From assembly GCA_001662655.1 (NCBI GenBank), contig KV460274.1: a stretch of DNA of 25,700 bases; one strand, 5' to 3'. Source of the stretch: Pseudogymnoascus verrucosus (Eukaryota). The notes under the pieces are model-generated. The model ran no database searches. It saw nothing but the letters and a program-made list of their open reading frames with translations, and was not told the DNA's origin. A program made the translations under genes and the position numbers. Of the stretch, positions 1 through 13,432 are shown piece by piece. Every line of letters begins with the position of its first letter. Within the stretch, counting starts at the first letter, position 1.

Positions 1-1
1 C

Positions 2-952
2 AAGATATTGAAGCGTGGGCCATATGGCCATATTACGAAAGAGATTGTCGAGAAGGCCTTATCACAATACAGAGGCAAAATTATGCAATTGCCGCCGCTA
101 TACTCCGCATTAAAGATGAATGGCAAGCCGTTATACGAATATGCGCGTGAAGGAAAGGAGTTGCCAAGAGAAATCCAAAAAAGGGCGGTTGAAGTCAAGG
201 AACTTGAAATGTTGGAGTTCATGCCAGGCGGAACTCATGAGCACAAACTTCCTACCGAAGAGGCTGGGTCGGCAGAAGTAGATGTTGCCGAGAGGTTATG
301 GAAGTTAGAAAGGGAGCAGGAGACTACTACCGATGGCTCCGCAACTTCACCATCCGCGAAAAAGCGAAAGGTTGACGAGAGTCAAGACAACTTAGTGACC
401 GGACCCCAGGGAACAAAACGACGAGGCTCTATATCAGCAGAGGGCGAGTCTGTCAAGATGTCTGGGGCACTGCCCACTGAGCAAGCTGGAGCAGAGAGCC
501 AATCGGCAGACGCACCGCAGGTTGGACCACCGGCTGTCAGGTTAAGGATGACAGTCACGTCAGGGTTTTATGTCAGGTCCTTATGCCATGATCTCGGCGA
601 AGCTGTTGGATCTCAAGCAATCATGGCTGAACTTGTTAGGACAAGACAAGGTCAGTTTGAGCTAGGGAAGAACGTCCTTGAATACGAGGACCTCGCGAAG
701 GGCGAAGAGGTATGGGGCCCACAAGTCTCCAAGATGCTCGATGAGTGGTCTGGAGAATACAGGCCTTTTGCCGGGTCGAATGCAGAGAGCAACATTGCGA
801 CTGAGCAGAAGCCCGTTGCGCCCACCGAACTGGCGGCTGCACCAGCGGCTGCACCAGCTGTTGCACCTGTGGAGGCGGCTGAGGAAAAGCCAGCTGCATC
901 CACTGAGCCAACGGTTGATTCTGTAGAGACGGCTAAAGCCGAGGCTGTGTAG
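2..952 (+). CDS. PUS4: tRNA pseudouridine-55 synthase (TruB/Pus4 family), 5'-truncated by the window edge
   Basis: TruB motifs [23 protein letters not shown] and [17 protein letters not shown]...LVRTRQG. Frame is open from position 2 to TAG at 950-952. Low-complexity insertion and Ala/Pro/Glu-rich tail. Confidence 0.95.
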   Translation, partial: KILKRGPYGHITKEIVEKALSQYRGKIMQLPPLYSALKMNGKPLYEYAREGKELPREIQKRAVEVKELEMLEFMPGGTHEHKLPTEEAGSAEVDVAERLWKLEREQETTTDGSATSPSAKKRKVDESQDNLVTGPQGTKRRGSISAEGESVKMSGALPTEQAGAESQSADAPQVGPPAVRLRMTVTSGFYVRSLCHDLGEAVGSQAIMAELVRTRQGQFELGKNVLEYEDLAKGEEVWGPQVSKMLDEWSGEYRPFAGSNAESNIATEQKPVAPTELAAAPAAAPAVAPVEAAEEKPAASTEPTVDSVETAKAEAV

Positions 953-1288
953 TATGCATATGGTTGCTCATAAAGCTGCTCATATTTAGCCATCACCTTC
1001 CATTAGAGGTGACTTGTTTGTGACTTTTAAAGTCGTGTATTAATAAATAACTACTTAATTGAGCTGGTTCTCCTATGATGATGCTGTGCGTTTCTAAAAC
1101 TATAAGGTGGTATAACAAACATAGCGCGCTTTTGTGTCCAGGATCTACGGATCCAATAGCCCAAGCCCAGACCCAAGTAATGCTTCCCTTCCAGTGACCA
1201 CAACAACCTACCACAAATCTTCGACCAGGTCTCACCTATTCAACCGGGCTATAATGTTGCAACAAAGCGCCTGTGAAGCATAGAGCCA

Positions 1289-2013
1289 TCACTTATCCCC
1301 TTGTGTGGCAAGGAGTCCCCTCACCCGTTCAATTCTCCCCATTGCTCCCTCAAGCCGCTCTAACCTCTTTCTCTTTTCTACATCTCTCCGCTCAAGCACT
1401 GCAACGCGTTCCTCTAATTTCGCTCGGGCCTTCCGCTCTGTTGCCACCATTTCGTTTGCCTGCTCAAACAGTTGCTGGCTTAACTCTTCCAGTTCTCCAC
1501 TCGCTTCGTCTAGCTTCCCTTCCGCCTGTTGCCGTAAGACCTGCTCTCGGCTCAGTGCAGCGGCGAGGTCCCGCTCAGATGTGGTAGTGGAGGGTAGAGG
1601 TGGCTGTTGACCGAGATTAGGTACTGATTTGCGAGAGGTGAGGAAGGATGAGAGCCTGTTCTGTATCGCGGCTGGCGGGGTGCTGGTGCGCGCTATTTCT
1701 TGCGATGCACACTGCTGGCGCATCATCTGGAGTTCGTCTTCATAGTCTGCCCATCTGTCCACTACAATAGAGTAAGTAAGTCGACACCATGGTAAAGTAG
1801 CTAAGTGAGGGGAAAGAGAAGTCGCAACGAACCAGCAGCAGTAGCCTTTTGGGTCAGAAGGCGGACTTGTGCCTGAAGATCTTCGATTTGTCGCTGTGCA
1901 TCAAGTGCTAGGCGTGATGAGTCCAAAGAGACTCCAGAACCACAATTTGGACAGGATAATTGGTGTTCCGTGTCAGCCAGCTGTGGGGCTACCGGTAACG
2001 TCATTGTAGACAT
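1289..2013 (-). CDS. Short Sec2-domain (Rab GEF-like coiled-coil) protein, ~217 aa; exons 2013-1833, 1761-1289
   Basis: Intron 1832-1762 (GTTCGT...TTGTAG) joins the two ORFs in frame (...KATAA-V-DRWADYEDE). ELEELSQQLFEQANEMVATERK resembles the Sec2p domain core. N-terminal CPNCG. Start codon is uncertain. Confidence 0.8.
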
Positions 2014-2944
2014 CGTGGGCGTGGTGTTGTACTATGCTCCGTACCTCTGATGTCGAGAGTTGGTAAGACACAGAGCGGAACAGTTGGAAGATATAGACAC
2101 GACGTCGGAGACGGTGAAAGAGTCTTGGTATGCAGCATCGGCGGTGCCACATTAAACATAAAATAAGCAGCTGCTGATCGACGTGTCGCACGCCGCTCAA
2201 TTCTCTGGCAGCCAGCCATGTGCTTTTTGGGGAGGAGGGAGGAGAATGTGTGACAGGGGTTGGTACATGGGTACACTATACGACCCAGGCGGTGTCAAAG
2301 AAGGGCTATCAAACGAAACCAGGAATAACATGTACTCTTAAGAACAACAAGGGAAATAGCTGTAGACATGCAACTTGTTATCTTTTGTAAATCCGGAAAT
2401 AAAGGGACATGATCCAAAGGCATAGTCTTTTATCTTTTACCACATCCGTCCGACTAGGCCACTCTGATATGCCATAAACTACAAGTCAAATATACCCAGT
2501 AATGCCGAAGATCACGATCAATATGCCGAAAGCAATGCTGCACTAGTCACGCGACCTCTACAAAGAACAAATTTAGGAGTGAGGTTGGCATATGGGAGGT
2601 TTGTTTGTGTAAAGTTGGTGAATTCCTTCTTTATCACGCGTAGGGCGGGGTCCGATTTGCATCAATAACCGATGAATCACTTCCAAAACCAGGCAATTGT
2701 AGAATGGCGCTACATTCCACAACTTCACAGAACATCGATTTCGACGAACGCGGCCAGGCATCAGCCAAATAGTGCCCCGAAGAGGCCCGACAGTTCAATC
2801 CCTGATCAGACGGAGCTTTTTAACAGAGCATAATTCATTTGTTGAGCAAGTTGCATTGATTGTAGAGCATAGCTACGTCTTTGCACTGCCTGCCGCTCAT
2901 GAAAACAACGCACCCCTGTCCCATGCGAGCCCAAAAGAAACCAC

Positions 2945-3539
2945 TTAAACCTCAGTCGTAACCCGAGCCTTGGCGTTGGTAACCTTGACGCCGAGCTGCT
3001 TTGCGCGTGCGACAATATCGACTCTCTTCCTCGACGAAACGGAGTGGGAGATCTCAGCGGCGAAGGTCTTGTTGTGCATGAGGAGGAGGTCAACATCACG
3101 GACGTTGCTGACGAGGAAAGCCTTGTGGCCGGAAGGCATCATGTGGCGGGTCTTCTTGTTGGATCCGAAACCGATCTACGCAAAAAAAGTCAGTCCCACG
3201 CTTCGAAGTATTCGATCGACAGGCCGCGAAGCCATTCAAGACGTACAGATGGCATAACAGCCTGGCCGCTAAAGCGTCTGCGGACACGGTTGTCGATACC
3301 CTTTGGCTTTCTCCATGACGGGTCGACTCTCATGAATCGATCACTCTGATGTCTGTTGAAGCGCTTCGTGCCTAAACAAAGAAATTAGTCAAGCGCTTTG
3401 AGGGAGAACCGGCCACCAGTGCGTAATCTCAATCGGAAGGTATTCGTTTTGGTGTAGGCACAGGCGGTCGGAAACGAAGTGGCGCAGGAGTTGACATACG
3501 CTTCTTGACGATCGGGACATGCTTCTTTGCGGCAACCAT
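2945..3539 (-). CDS. RPL32: 60S ribosomal protein L32 (eL32), 131 aa; exons 3539-3500, 3371-3247, 3175-2945
   Basis: Spliced product [71 protein letters not shown]...KARVTTEV. Introns GTATGT..TAG (3499-3372) and GTACGT..TAG (3246-3176). Confidence 0.98.
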
Positions 3540-3602
3540 CTGGAGAACACTTAGTATATTGCAATTCGTCTTCGAGAGTTTTCTGGGCAGAGATGGTCGT
3601 AC
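3540..3602 (-). other. Probable 5'-UTR intron of RPL32 ending immediately before the ATG
   Basis: Minus strand reads CAAG|GTACGA...TACTAAG...TTCTCCAG|ATG. It is 63 nt, and splicing yields CAAG-ATG, a good start context. Confidence 0.75.
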
Positions 3603-3773
3603 CTTGACGTCGGTTTGGCGATTTTTGGTGGTTGGTCGTTGAGTCGAGTCGAAGAATCAGAACGTCAGAACTCTCCCAGTCGGCCAATATTTTCGCTAAC
3701 TTCCAAAAATGCTCTGGTGTGTGCCCTCGGCTCGCTAAGAGTGGTGCAGAGACGCTAAGAAGACCCTTGCACA

Positions 3774-3834
3774 TCACGTGCTTCTGATATTTTTGATTTT
3801 GAAGAGGCGCGTAGATAGCGCTTGAGGCACGTGA
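3774..3834. promoter_or_regulatory. Two CACGTG E-boxes (bHLH/Cbf1-type sites) upstream of RPL32
   Basis: TCACGTG at 3774-3780 and CACGTGA at 3828-3834. Function is inferred only. Confidence 0.4.
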
Positions 3835-4189
3835 TCACATATATGTCCCCAAAAAAAGGTGATAAAGATGTTTGTACCCTATATCTATATACGATCCCCT
3901 TCTGCCCTGGTCTTCTTTCTCACTTTACAAAGCCATAGTTCTTTCAGCATCGGCTACAATTTCCACCAATGCCACAATTTACTACACTCGGATCAATTGG
4001 CAAGTTCACTGTACAGTGGATTCAATACTCCTCCAGCAGAAATCTTCGTCACGCGTCTCAATTGTAGTCATCTATCTGTCTTAACCCTGCACCAAGATTA
4101 TAATAACGCCTGTTACTATGTCACCTTGACCGTCTAAGTAAGCCATCCACATACAAAACTATTCGCCGATATAGCCGCGATATAGTCAT

Positions 4190-5640
4190 CTATTGCTGTG
4201 CGCATTGAGGGGCACCCTCGTCCTCATCATCATCCTCCCACTCTGCACCTCGGCCGCCTTGTCCTGCACTTGCTCCAAACTATCGTATATTAGCCACGTT
4301 CGGTCTGTCAAATTCTGTAGAATAGCACTTACTTCCTCGATGTCAGCATCCTCCGTAAAGGTCACCTCATCAATCTCAGGGGCATCAATTGGAGCGTTAG
4401 GCTTCGGTAATATGGCCTCCAGTTTGCCGAATGAAGCCTCATCCTCTATCCAGCCGTTGTCCGGAAACTCGATATTAATAACCAAGTAGAGGTCTCCCTT
4501 CGCATCGCTTTTCTTGTGTGGCATGCCCTCTCCGTCGATCTTGAGGACCTGTCCTGGCTTTAAAACCTTTCCTCTTGGATGGTCGATATGTATGCCACGT
4601 CCATCAAGGTGTTTGACGACAACTCTGGAGAAGCCGCACAAGGACTCAGCCAGGGTGACCTTCAGTTCTGCTAACAAATCGTGGCCCCTACGCTGGAATA
4701 CATCGTGATCTTCCTCAACGAGTGTGAACACGATGTCTCCTGGAGTCTGGTCGGGAACTTGGTCTGCCTCGCCTTCAAGGACGATTCTGTCTCCTTGCAT
4801 GGCGCCTCTGGGGATATATATTTCCAAAACCTTCTTCTCTGACGTCGTGCGCTTGCCCTTACACTTGCGGCAGCGATCCTTCTCCTTGAAAACGCTTCCG
4901 GTGCCAGAGCATGAGTCGCAAACAATGCGCTCTTGCGTAACCATCCCAGGGCCGACTTGGCGCAAGCCAATCTTCATTCCTTTCCCTTGGCAGGATGAAC
5001 AGCTCTTGGGCTTTACCGATTCCTTGCCACCTGTTCCCTTACAGTGGCTGCAGATAACATTCTTTGTGCTCGCAAACTTCACTGTCTTTCCTTTGTAGAG
5101 CTCCTCAAGTGTCACCTCATAGGTCTGCTCCTCATCCTTCCCACGGCGGGGTTGCTTCATCCCAGGGCCTCCGCCAAATCCAGGCGGCATACCGCCACCA
5201 CCCATGCCAAACATTTGCTGAAGAATATCATCTAAATCAACCCCGCCATCCATGCCGGGGCCACCCGGTCTGCTTCCATCGAAAGCGGACATGCCGTGTG
5301 TATCGTAGAGGTGTCGTTTATCTTCATCATGGAGAATTTCATATGCCTGGCTCACACTCTTGAACTTGGTATCTGCCTCTTCACGCTGGTTCTCTGGAAC
5401 CTTGTCCGGGTGGTGTAGCAGAGCTGCCTATAATCACGTCAGACACAGGTGGTTACTGAGCAGATTCTGCACCGGATGACAAACCTTGTGATATGCCTTC
5501 TTAATCTCTGATTTGGTCGCGGTCTTTTCGATACCTAAAGTGACTTTTGAAAACAATCAGCAAACAGAGATTCAAGTTGCATTCAGGTCTTGCCACACAC
5601 CATAGAGGTCGACCTCTTCTGAGCCATCCCCGGAAGACAT
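4190..5640 (-). CDS. XDJ1: Type I DnaJ/Hsp40 co-chaperone (Ydj1/Xdj1 family), ~427 aa; exons 5640-5601, 5543-5485, 5427-4333, 4279-4190
   Basis: J-domain (DLYVTLGI...KKAYHKAALLHHPDK), G/F/M-rich linker, four CxxCxGxG-type zinc repeats, DnaJ C-terminal domain. The spliced C-terminus ends ...EGAPQCAQQ* (CaaX). Xdj1 versus Ydj1 assignment is from recall and less certain than the family. Confidence 0.9.
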
Positions 5641-6083
5641 TACAAGATCGTTTGCGGGCTGTGAGTCTGTTTCTGAAAGAGCAAATATGGGCAGAAAGCA
5701 AAGACGATGCAAACGCCTTCCCGTAAAATATAGATGGGGATTATTAAGCTTTCTAGAGTCCTCGAGACTCTGTAGCACTGCAGAGTAATGCAATAATTTA
5801 TTATCTTAGCGTCGTCCAGCGTCCAGGCATAGGAAGTTGGGCGGCGGAATGTGGGGTGGAAGGCTGGGAGACGCTCGGGCCACCTTTAAGGAATTTAACA
5901 AATCTTTATGGGACCAAAAAGCCTGAGGGACCTTATCCGAACCTCGCCCGAACCTCGTTGACGCTAACGTGACGCTGAAAAAGGAGGATTACAGTATCAT
6001 ATTTGGTTGCTCTATAATACGGCATTGGGTCCTGCAAAATATCCCAGCGGTTTCCAGTTATTTGTTCTTTGGTTTCTTTTTAA

Positions 6084-8169
<2,086 letters not shown>

Positions 8170-8543
8170 GATCAAGAGAGATGTATATACTAGGCGGGAA
8201 TGAGGAGTTTTGTTAGTAACGGGGATGGGGTTCGCTGGTCTGGGAAATCCTTTGCCTGTCCAGTGAGCAGTGTAATATAGTACTGTACAGATTATGTTAT
8301 ATATACCCATTTCAAGGTTCTTAACGAAGCGTGAGGAATGCAATTGATGTACAGATATAGGCAAGATTGATTCATTGTAAATATAGTCAGTCTCCGGTCT
8401 TTATAAAACACTCAACCTTTCGGTAAATCGCTCCGTACGCCACGCTATGCCATCAATTCAACAGGCCAAAGAGTCGTCACCCCATTTCCATAGTAGAAGT
8501 GCATCATCGTCTTCGCCTGGTCTCAGGTCTATTGAGCCAGCAG

Positions 8544-9640
8544 CTACTGGCCGCCACCTGAATTCACATCCACCTGCTTGGTACTTTCGGCGCTTCCGAC
8601 TCCATTGAAAAGCTGCGCTTTGACTTCACCAGCCATTAATCCAATCCTAACTTCCCCGGCGATCTTTTTACTATCCTTTGAGATTTTTTCCATCTCTTGG
8701 TCAGCTGCTCGAGGCATGCCCGGTCCCACTGTTAACTTGTTTGCGCGCGACGTGGCTGAGGCGGCTTGGCCAATCTTGTAGCTTAAGTCAAGCATCTGCT
8801 TACTGCTGTAGTCACGGTTGGTGAAGAGGGAGTTTTGGCTCAGTGTCTGCGTCCAGTATTTGTTCCACAATAGCTCCAGCAGGTGTGAGTCGAGTGTGCT
8901 CTTGAAATGGGTAACTTCCAGAGAGTAATAGCGGCTGCTATGAGCACCGAAGTCTTCCACCTTAGCCAGAGGGATCGTTTGATACCCGTCTCTCGATGCA
9001 TTTCCTTCCTCCTTGTAGTCTTCAGGGAAGGTTCTGAAGGCGCCAATCTCAACCTTGCCTGCGGAAATCGTGCGATCTGGGTCGATCACAACGGCCAAGA
9101 AGGGATCTGAAAACTGTTGCTGAGTTGCTTGGGTACCAACATCAATACCACTGAGCCAGCATCCATAGCCAGGGTGACTGTGGTACCAGCCAACAGCATT
9201 CTCCATCTTCCCTGCAGCACGACAGGCTTCCAGATATCCCACCATGTATTCGTTTGCCTCGTCCTGGGCGTTAACCCGCGTTTCAGTTCCTTCAACAGGC
9301 AGGCGGAAAGCATCGGTGACGATGAATGTATCACCAGATATTTTGCCTTGCATCAGCCCCATAATTTCAACGGACCCTCCTGACCTGGCATGCATCACCA
9401 TCTTCAGAAGAGCAACGGCGGAAATTCGGACATTTTTGAAATGGCGAGGATTGGTTTTCCATGGCTTAGCATCATTGATAGCTTTCTGCTCGGTAGGGTC
9501 ATATGAATATAACGCATCGCGATGAGCATCTACAAGCTGGACGTTGTTGTCGAGCTCTGTATGTCTCGATGTCAGCTCGGGGCGGTCAACTTCAGATTCA
9601 CAAGTGATTACTTACCCCATGCCCGCCGTGCGGTATCCAT
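8544..9640 (-). CDS. CSN5: COP9 signalosome subunit 5 (JAMM deneddylase), ~345 aa; exons 9640-9616, 9556-8544
   Basis: JAMM motif GWYHSHPGYGCWLSGID, MVMHARSGG, KVEDFGAH. Intron 9615-9557 (GTAAGT..GCTGAC..CAG) gives MDTARRAWELDNNV. Confidence 0.97.
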
Positions 9641-10224
9641 GATTGCCCCAGGTATGTATCAGAATCCAACAAGACCTGATGCTCGATCGCCGAGATAGAC
9701 CTTGTTGGTTTGGAAAGCCTAGAAGGCTGTTGAAGTGTAGTGGGGTGTGTATGGTGTGAGGTGGTATGGAGGCAGCAACGGGAGTGGGGTCGGGAGGATT
9801 GTCACTGGCAGAATATTAGCGTATTGGGACTAGCGCGAAACACCTACCGCCCAAAGTCATCATGGGTTCATCGTACAAACGGTTGCTATGGTTGCTGGGT
9901 AAACAGACGTTCTGGTCCCGAAATAAACACGCGCCTATCCAATATGTACCCCATCATCGCGATATTCCGCTAGCTACTGGCCAGTACTCTACGATATTAC
10001 ACAAACAACCACGAACGCGTCCAGCCCGACTTCGTTGCTGATGAATTGTAACACATAACAAAAAAGGCTTTTGCCATTGCAACTCATCGCTCCCGCCCAT
10101 TCCAACTGCGCAGGGCACTCACTGTCACTGTCGGTGGTCAACGAATGACCCACATACAGTCGCAAGTACAGTCGCAGCAACACACAATATACACCCACTA
10201 AACCTCCGGAATATCTTCTCCGCC

Positions 10225-12611
10225 ATGGATACCAGTTATTTGTCGTCGCAGGTGTCGTCTATTGTTGGCCAACTTCATGGTCTCTTCGATGAGATTGGAG
10301 TACCCAACCATGATAGAGAGTCGCGCGAGGCGGAGGTATGCATAGGTTCCCCCCATACCTGCACTGTGGTATCATGGATGCGTTATAGAATGACACAAGC
10401 TGACACTATATGTGCTGTAGCTATTTGCTGCGCTATCTGAAACACTTCACAACCAAGTGCGAATAGTTTCAGCAGAAAAGAACGAGATGGCTGAGGAAGC
10501 GCATCGCATTATCACAACTATCAAACAGATGGAGTCGTCCCTCGATGACTCCAAGGACACCCATGATTACAATGTCGAAGATCCGTCCCTAAAAGTTTCA
10601 TACCCTTTGATTCAATGTTTACAAACCTTGAAAGAGAAGCATTTGCAAATCAGCAAAATACACAAGGAGCGCTTCGAACAAGTTAAGAGTGAGTACCGCC
10701 TGCAAGAACTTATGTCATTTTGCTAATTATTTAGAACTTGTCCAAGCTCTTGAATCCTATTCGTCGCATCTGGAGTCTTCATTTATCAGAATTCCATTGC
10801 CGCCTACCACCGCCAACTCATCTGTGCCTCCAACATTTGACCTCTCCCCGACCTACGTTACATCTCTTGATAATGAGTTTACGCGTGTGTATGAAGAGTA
10901 CACTCGTCGCGTTGCAACCGTGAAAGCTCTCTCAGAGAATATCATTCAACTCTGGGCCGAACTTGGAACACCACAAGCGCAAACCGATGCAGCAATTGTT
11001 AAATACTATCGGGATTCTCCTGAACAGCTCGGTCTCCATGAGGATGATATCGCAAGGCTTCGAAGCAAGCGCGATAAGCTAGGCGATGAGAAGAAAGCCA
11101 GGGAGAGGCGCCTTAAAGAACTACGCACCACAGTCGAGGGTCTCTGGGAGCGCCTTGGAGTCGACGAGCCAGAGAGAAAGAGATTCCTCAACAATAACCG
11201 AGGATGCGGCGTGCGGCAGATCAACGAGTTCGAAGACGAACTTTCAAGGCTTAACGAGCTCAAGAGGCAAAACCTCCATTTGTTTGTTGAAGATGCTCGA
11301 TATAAACTCCAGGAGCTATGGGATGGGCTCTACTTCTCAGAGGAGGAAATGCTCGAATTCACTCCCGCCTTTTCAGATGTCTACAGCGATGCCTTGCTTG
11401 AAGCACACGAACAAGAAATTGATCGACTCGAATCACTGAAGGAACAACGTGCACCAATGCTTTCCCTTATTGACAGGCACCGATCTCTTGTGAAAGACCG
11501 AGACGACCTTTCGGCGGCAAGCCAAGATGCTTCCAGACTTATGATGCGCGGTCAGAAGGGCGAGAAGCGTGATCCTACGAGACTGCTGAGAGAAGAGAAG
11601 ATGAGGAAGAGAATTGCGAAGGAACTGCCGAAGGTGGCAGTCGACCTGCGTAAGTCTCTTGAGAAATGGGAAGACGAGTATGGTAGACCTTTTATGGTAC
11701 ATGGTGAGAGGTATCTCGATGAATTAGAAGCATCCGAAGTCAAACAAGCGCCGGGACCACGATCAAGGACCCCAGCAGCACCACCGCCAGCCCCTGCAAG
11801 AGCTCAAAAATCGGCTCCTGCAAGCCGCGCCAACAGCATGAGACCGCCTCCTTCCAGAGCTGGAGCAAAGACTCCGGTCGCTCAGGAGTCAATCAAACGA
11901 AATCCCCTGGCAAGCTCTGTTTCAGCTGCAGGAGGCAGGACTCCTTCAAGAATCCCCGCACGCGCTCCGCTATCCAGCCTCAAACACGGAAATAACTCCC
12001 CCGAGAGGAAGGCGCAAGCAGATAAGAGGCCCGCCACTGGGACAGTCAGAAATATGGGACCACCAGCTCGCGCTCCGCCTCCCAAGATGAGGGAATTTTT
12101 TGAGCCACCTCGTGAATCTGCCTCGGATTCAAGGAGCGAAAGCTTTGAGTCGAACTCAATTGTGCGCCACGTGCCTCCCGAGGATGTTTATGACGATCGT
12201 AACTACGAGCAATATTCCCGTGGCTTCTCGAATGCGAATTCCTACTCATCCTCCATGCGCCAAGACGAGCGTGCACCAAAGTTCTCATGTCCTCCAAATC
12301 CGCCAAGTAGGCAGATTTCCAACACATCAGCATCTGCCACGACGGTATCAGGATCCGAAAACTGGGAGACCTACGACGACGTTTCAGAGCCAGAGCAAGA
12401 TGCTTCGGACGACTACTATGCTCGGCTTCGGGCTGCACGCGGGAAGCGCTTTACACCTGAGGATGGATACGCACCTCCCCAGGGTGCTCAGATGAAGAAG
12501 CACAAGGGATACCCTCCTGAGCTTCATGCTGGTCATGTGGTTGTGGATTCCCACGGAAATCGGATCATGTCTGGTAGCGAGGCAAACTGGACAGACGAGG
12601 ATGCCTTCTAA
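10225..12611 (+). CDS. ASE1: Microtubule-bundling protein Ase1/PRC1/MAP65, ~751 aa; exons 10225-10335, 10421-10688, 10735-12611
   Basis: LHGLFDEIG, LWERLGV, LQELWDGLYFSEEE, D.SRL...LLREEKMRKRIAKELPK and WEDEYGRPFMVHGERYL match the MAP65/Ase1 family. Disordered C-terminal tail. Introns 10336-10420 and 10689-10734 keep frame. Confidence 0.93.
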
Positions 12612-13432
12612 GTCGCCATCATCGCTTCTTCTCTGAAGTTATATGCTGGCGGCGCATATACTTCAATCTTGACTTGTTTGGTCGTTATGAGTATTGAGTA
12701 ACGGTTACACGATACCCATGGCAGGCTTTGAGTTGTTCGATGCTATGTTCTGCATAAAAGCAGTACTGGTGTCATGATGTGTTCATTTCTTGTATTTTTT
12801 TGCTGGCATTGATCTTCCATGGATTGTATTGTGTTTTGTAGGCGTTGTACTTTGATGGATATCAGGAGGATCGGTCTGGGAATTATGGGTTTGGCTTGGT
12901 CCGGCGTTGAAGGGGAAGAAGATATGGCCAGCACATGACGTCTTTGTCAAATGTTAAGAGTAGAAATGTTATCTTGCGTTTCAATACATTTGATTCGCTT
13001 CAATAATGCAATGATGATACTTTAAAGAATTATCCAAATCGACAAAATCAATATCAGCCTTGTTTACATGGAAAGTCGTCTTGTCAGCCTCGCTATTATA
13101 TATAGACAATCATTGGTGTACTATGTATAGAATTAGCCAAGAAAGTGGAACCAGAACCCTTCATACGTCAGCTGCGCCCAACTACTGTACTTGTACTCTA
13201 ACTTAACGCATGGATAAAGTGACAGGACCGGCGACCATCGGCGAATACGAATACACTTTGCGCACTGTACTCAACAATAACAGATCGGATAACATTAATA
13301 CAAATCCGTTGCCACCATCGTTCTAGCAGTGACATGCATATCCATATCTTTTGAAATATTCATGAAGGTTTGCCTATATGGCAAGCTTCTCTTTATACTC
13401 TTACGGCCTAATCCTGCCTCTAGCTTCTTCCA

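Noticed and set aside
2001..2276. Upstream ORF overlapping the Sec2-like start out of frame
   Set aside because: Transcript start unknown and no evidence of conservation; cannot be supported as a regulatory uORF.
3859..4137. Small + strand ORFs between RPL32 and the DnaJ 3' end
   Set aside because: No recognisable motifs; the region overlaps the RPL32 promoter and the expected DnaJ 3'UTR.
13011..13110. ATGATGA (box C-like) suggesting a C/D snoRNA
   Set aside because: No CTGA box D at a suitable distance and no terminal stem. The same applies to similar motifs near 1075 and 22677.
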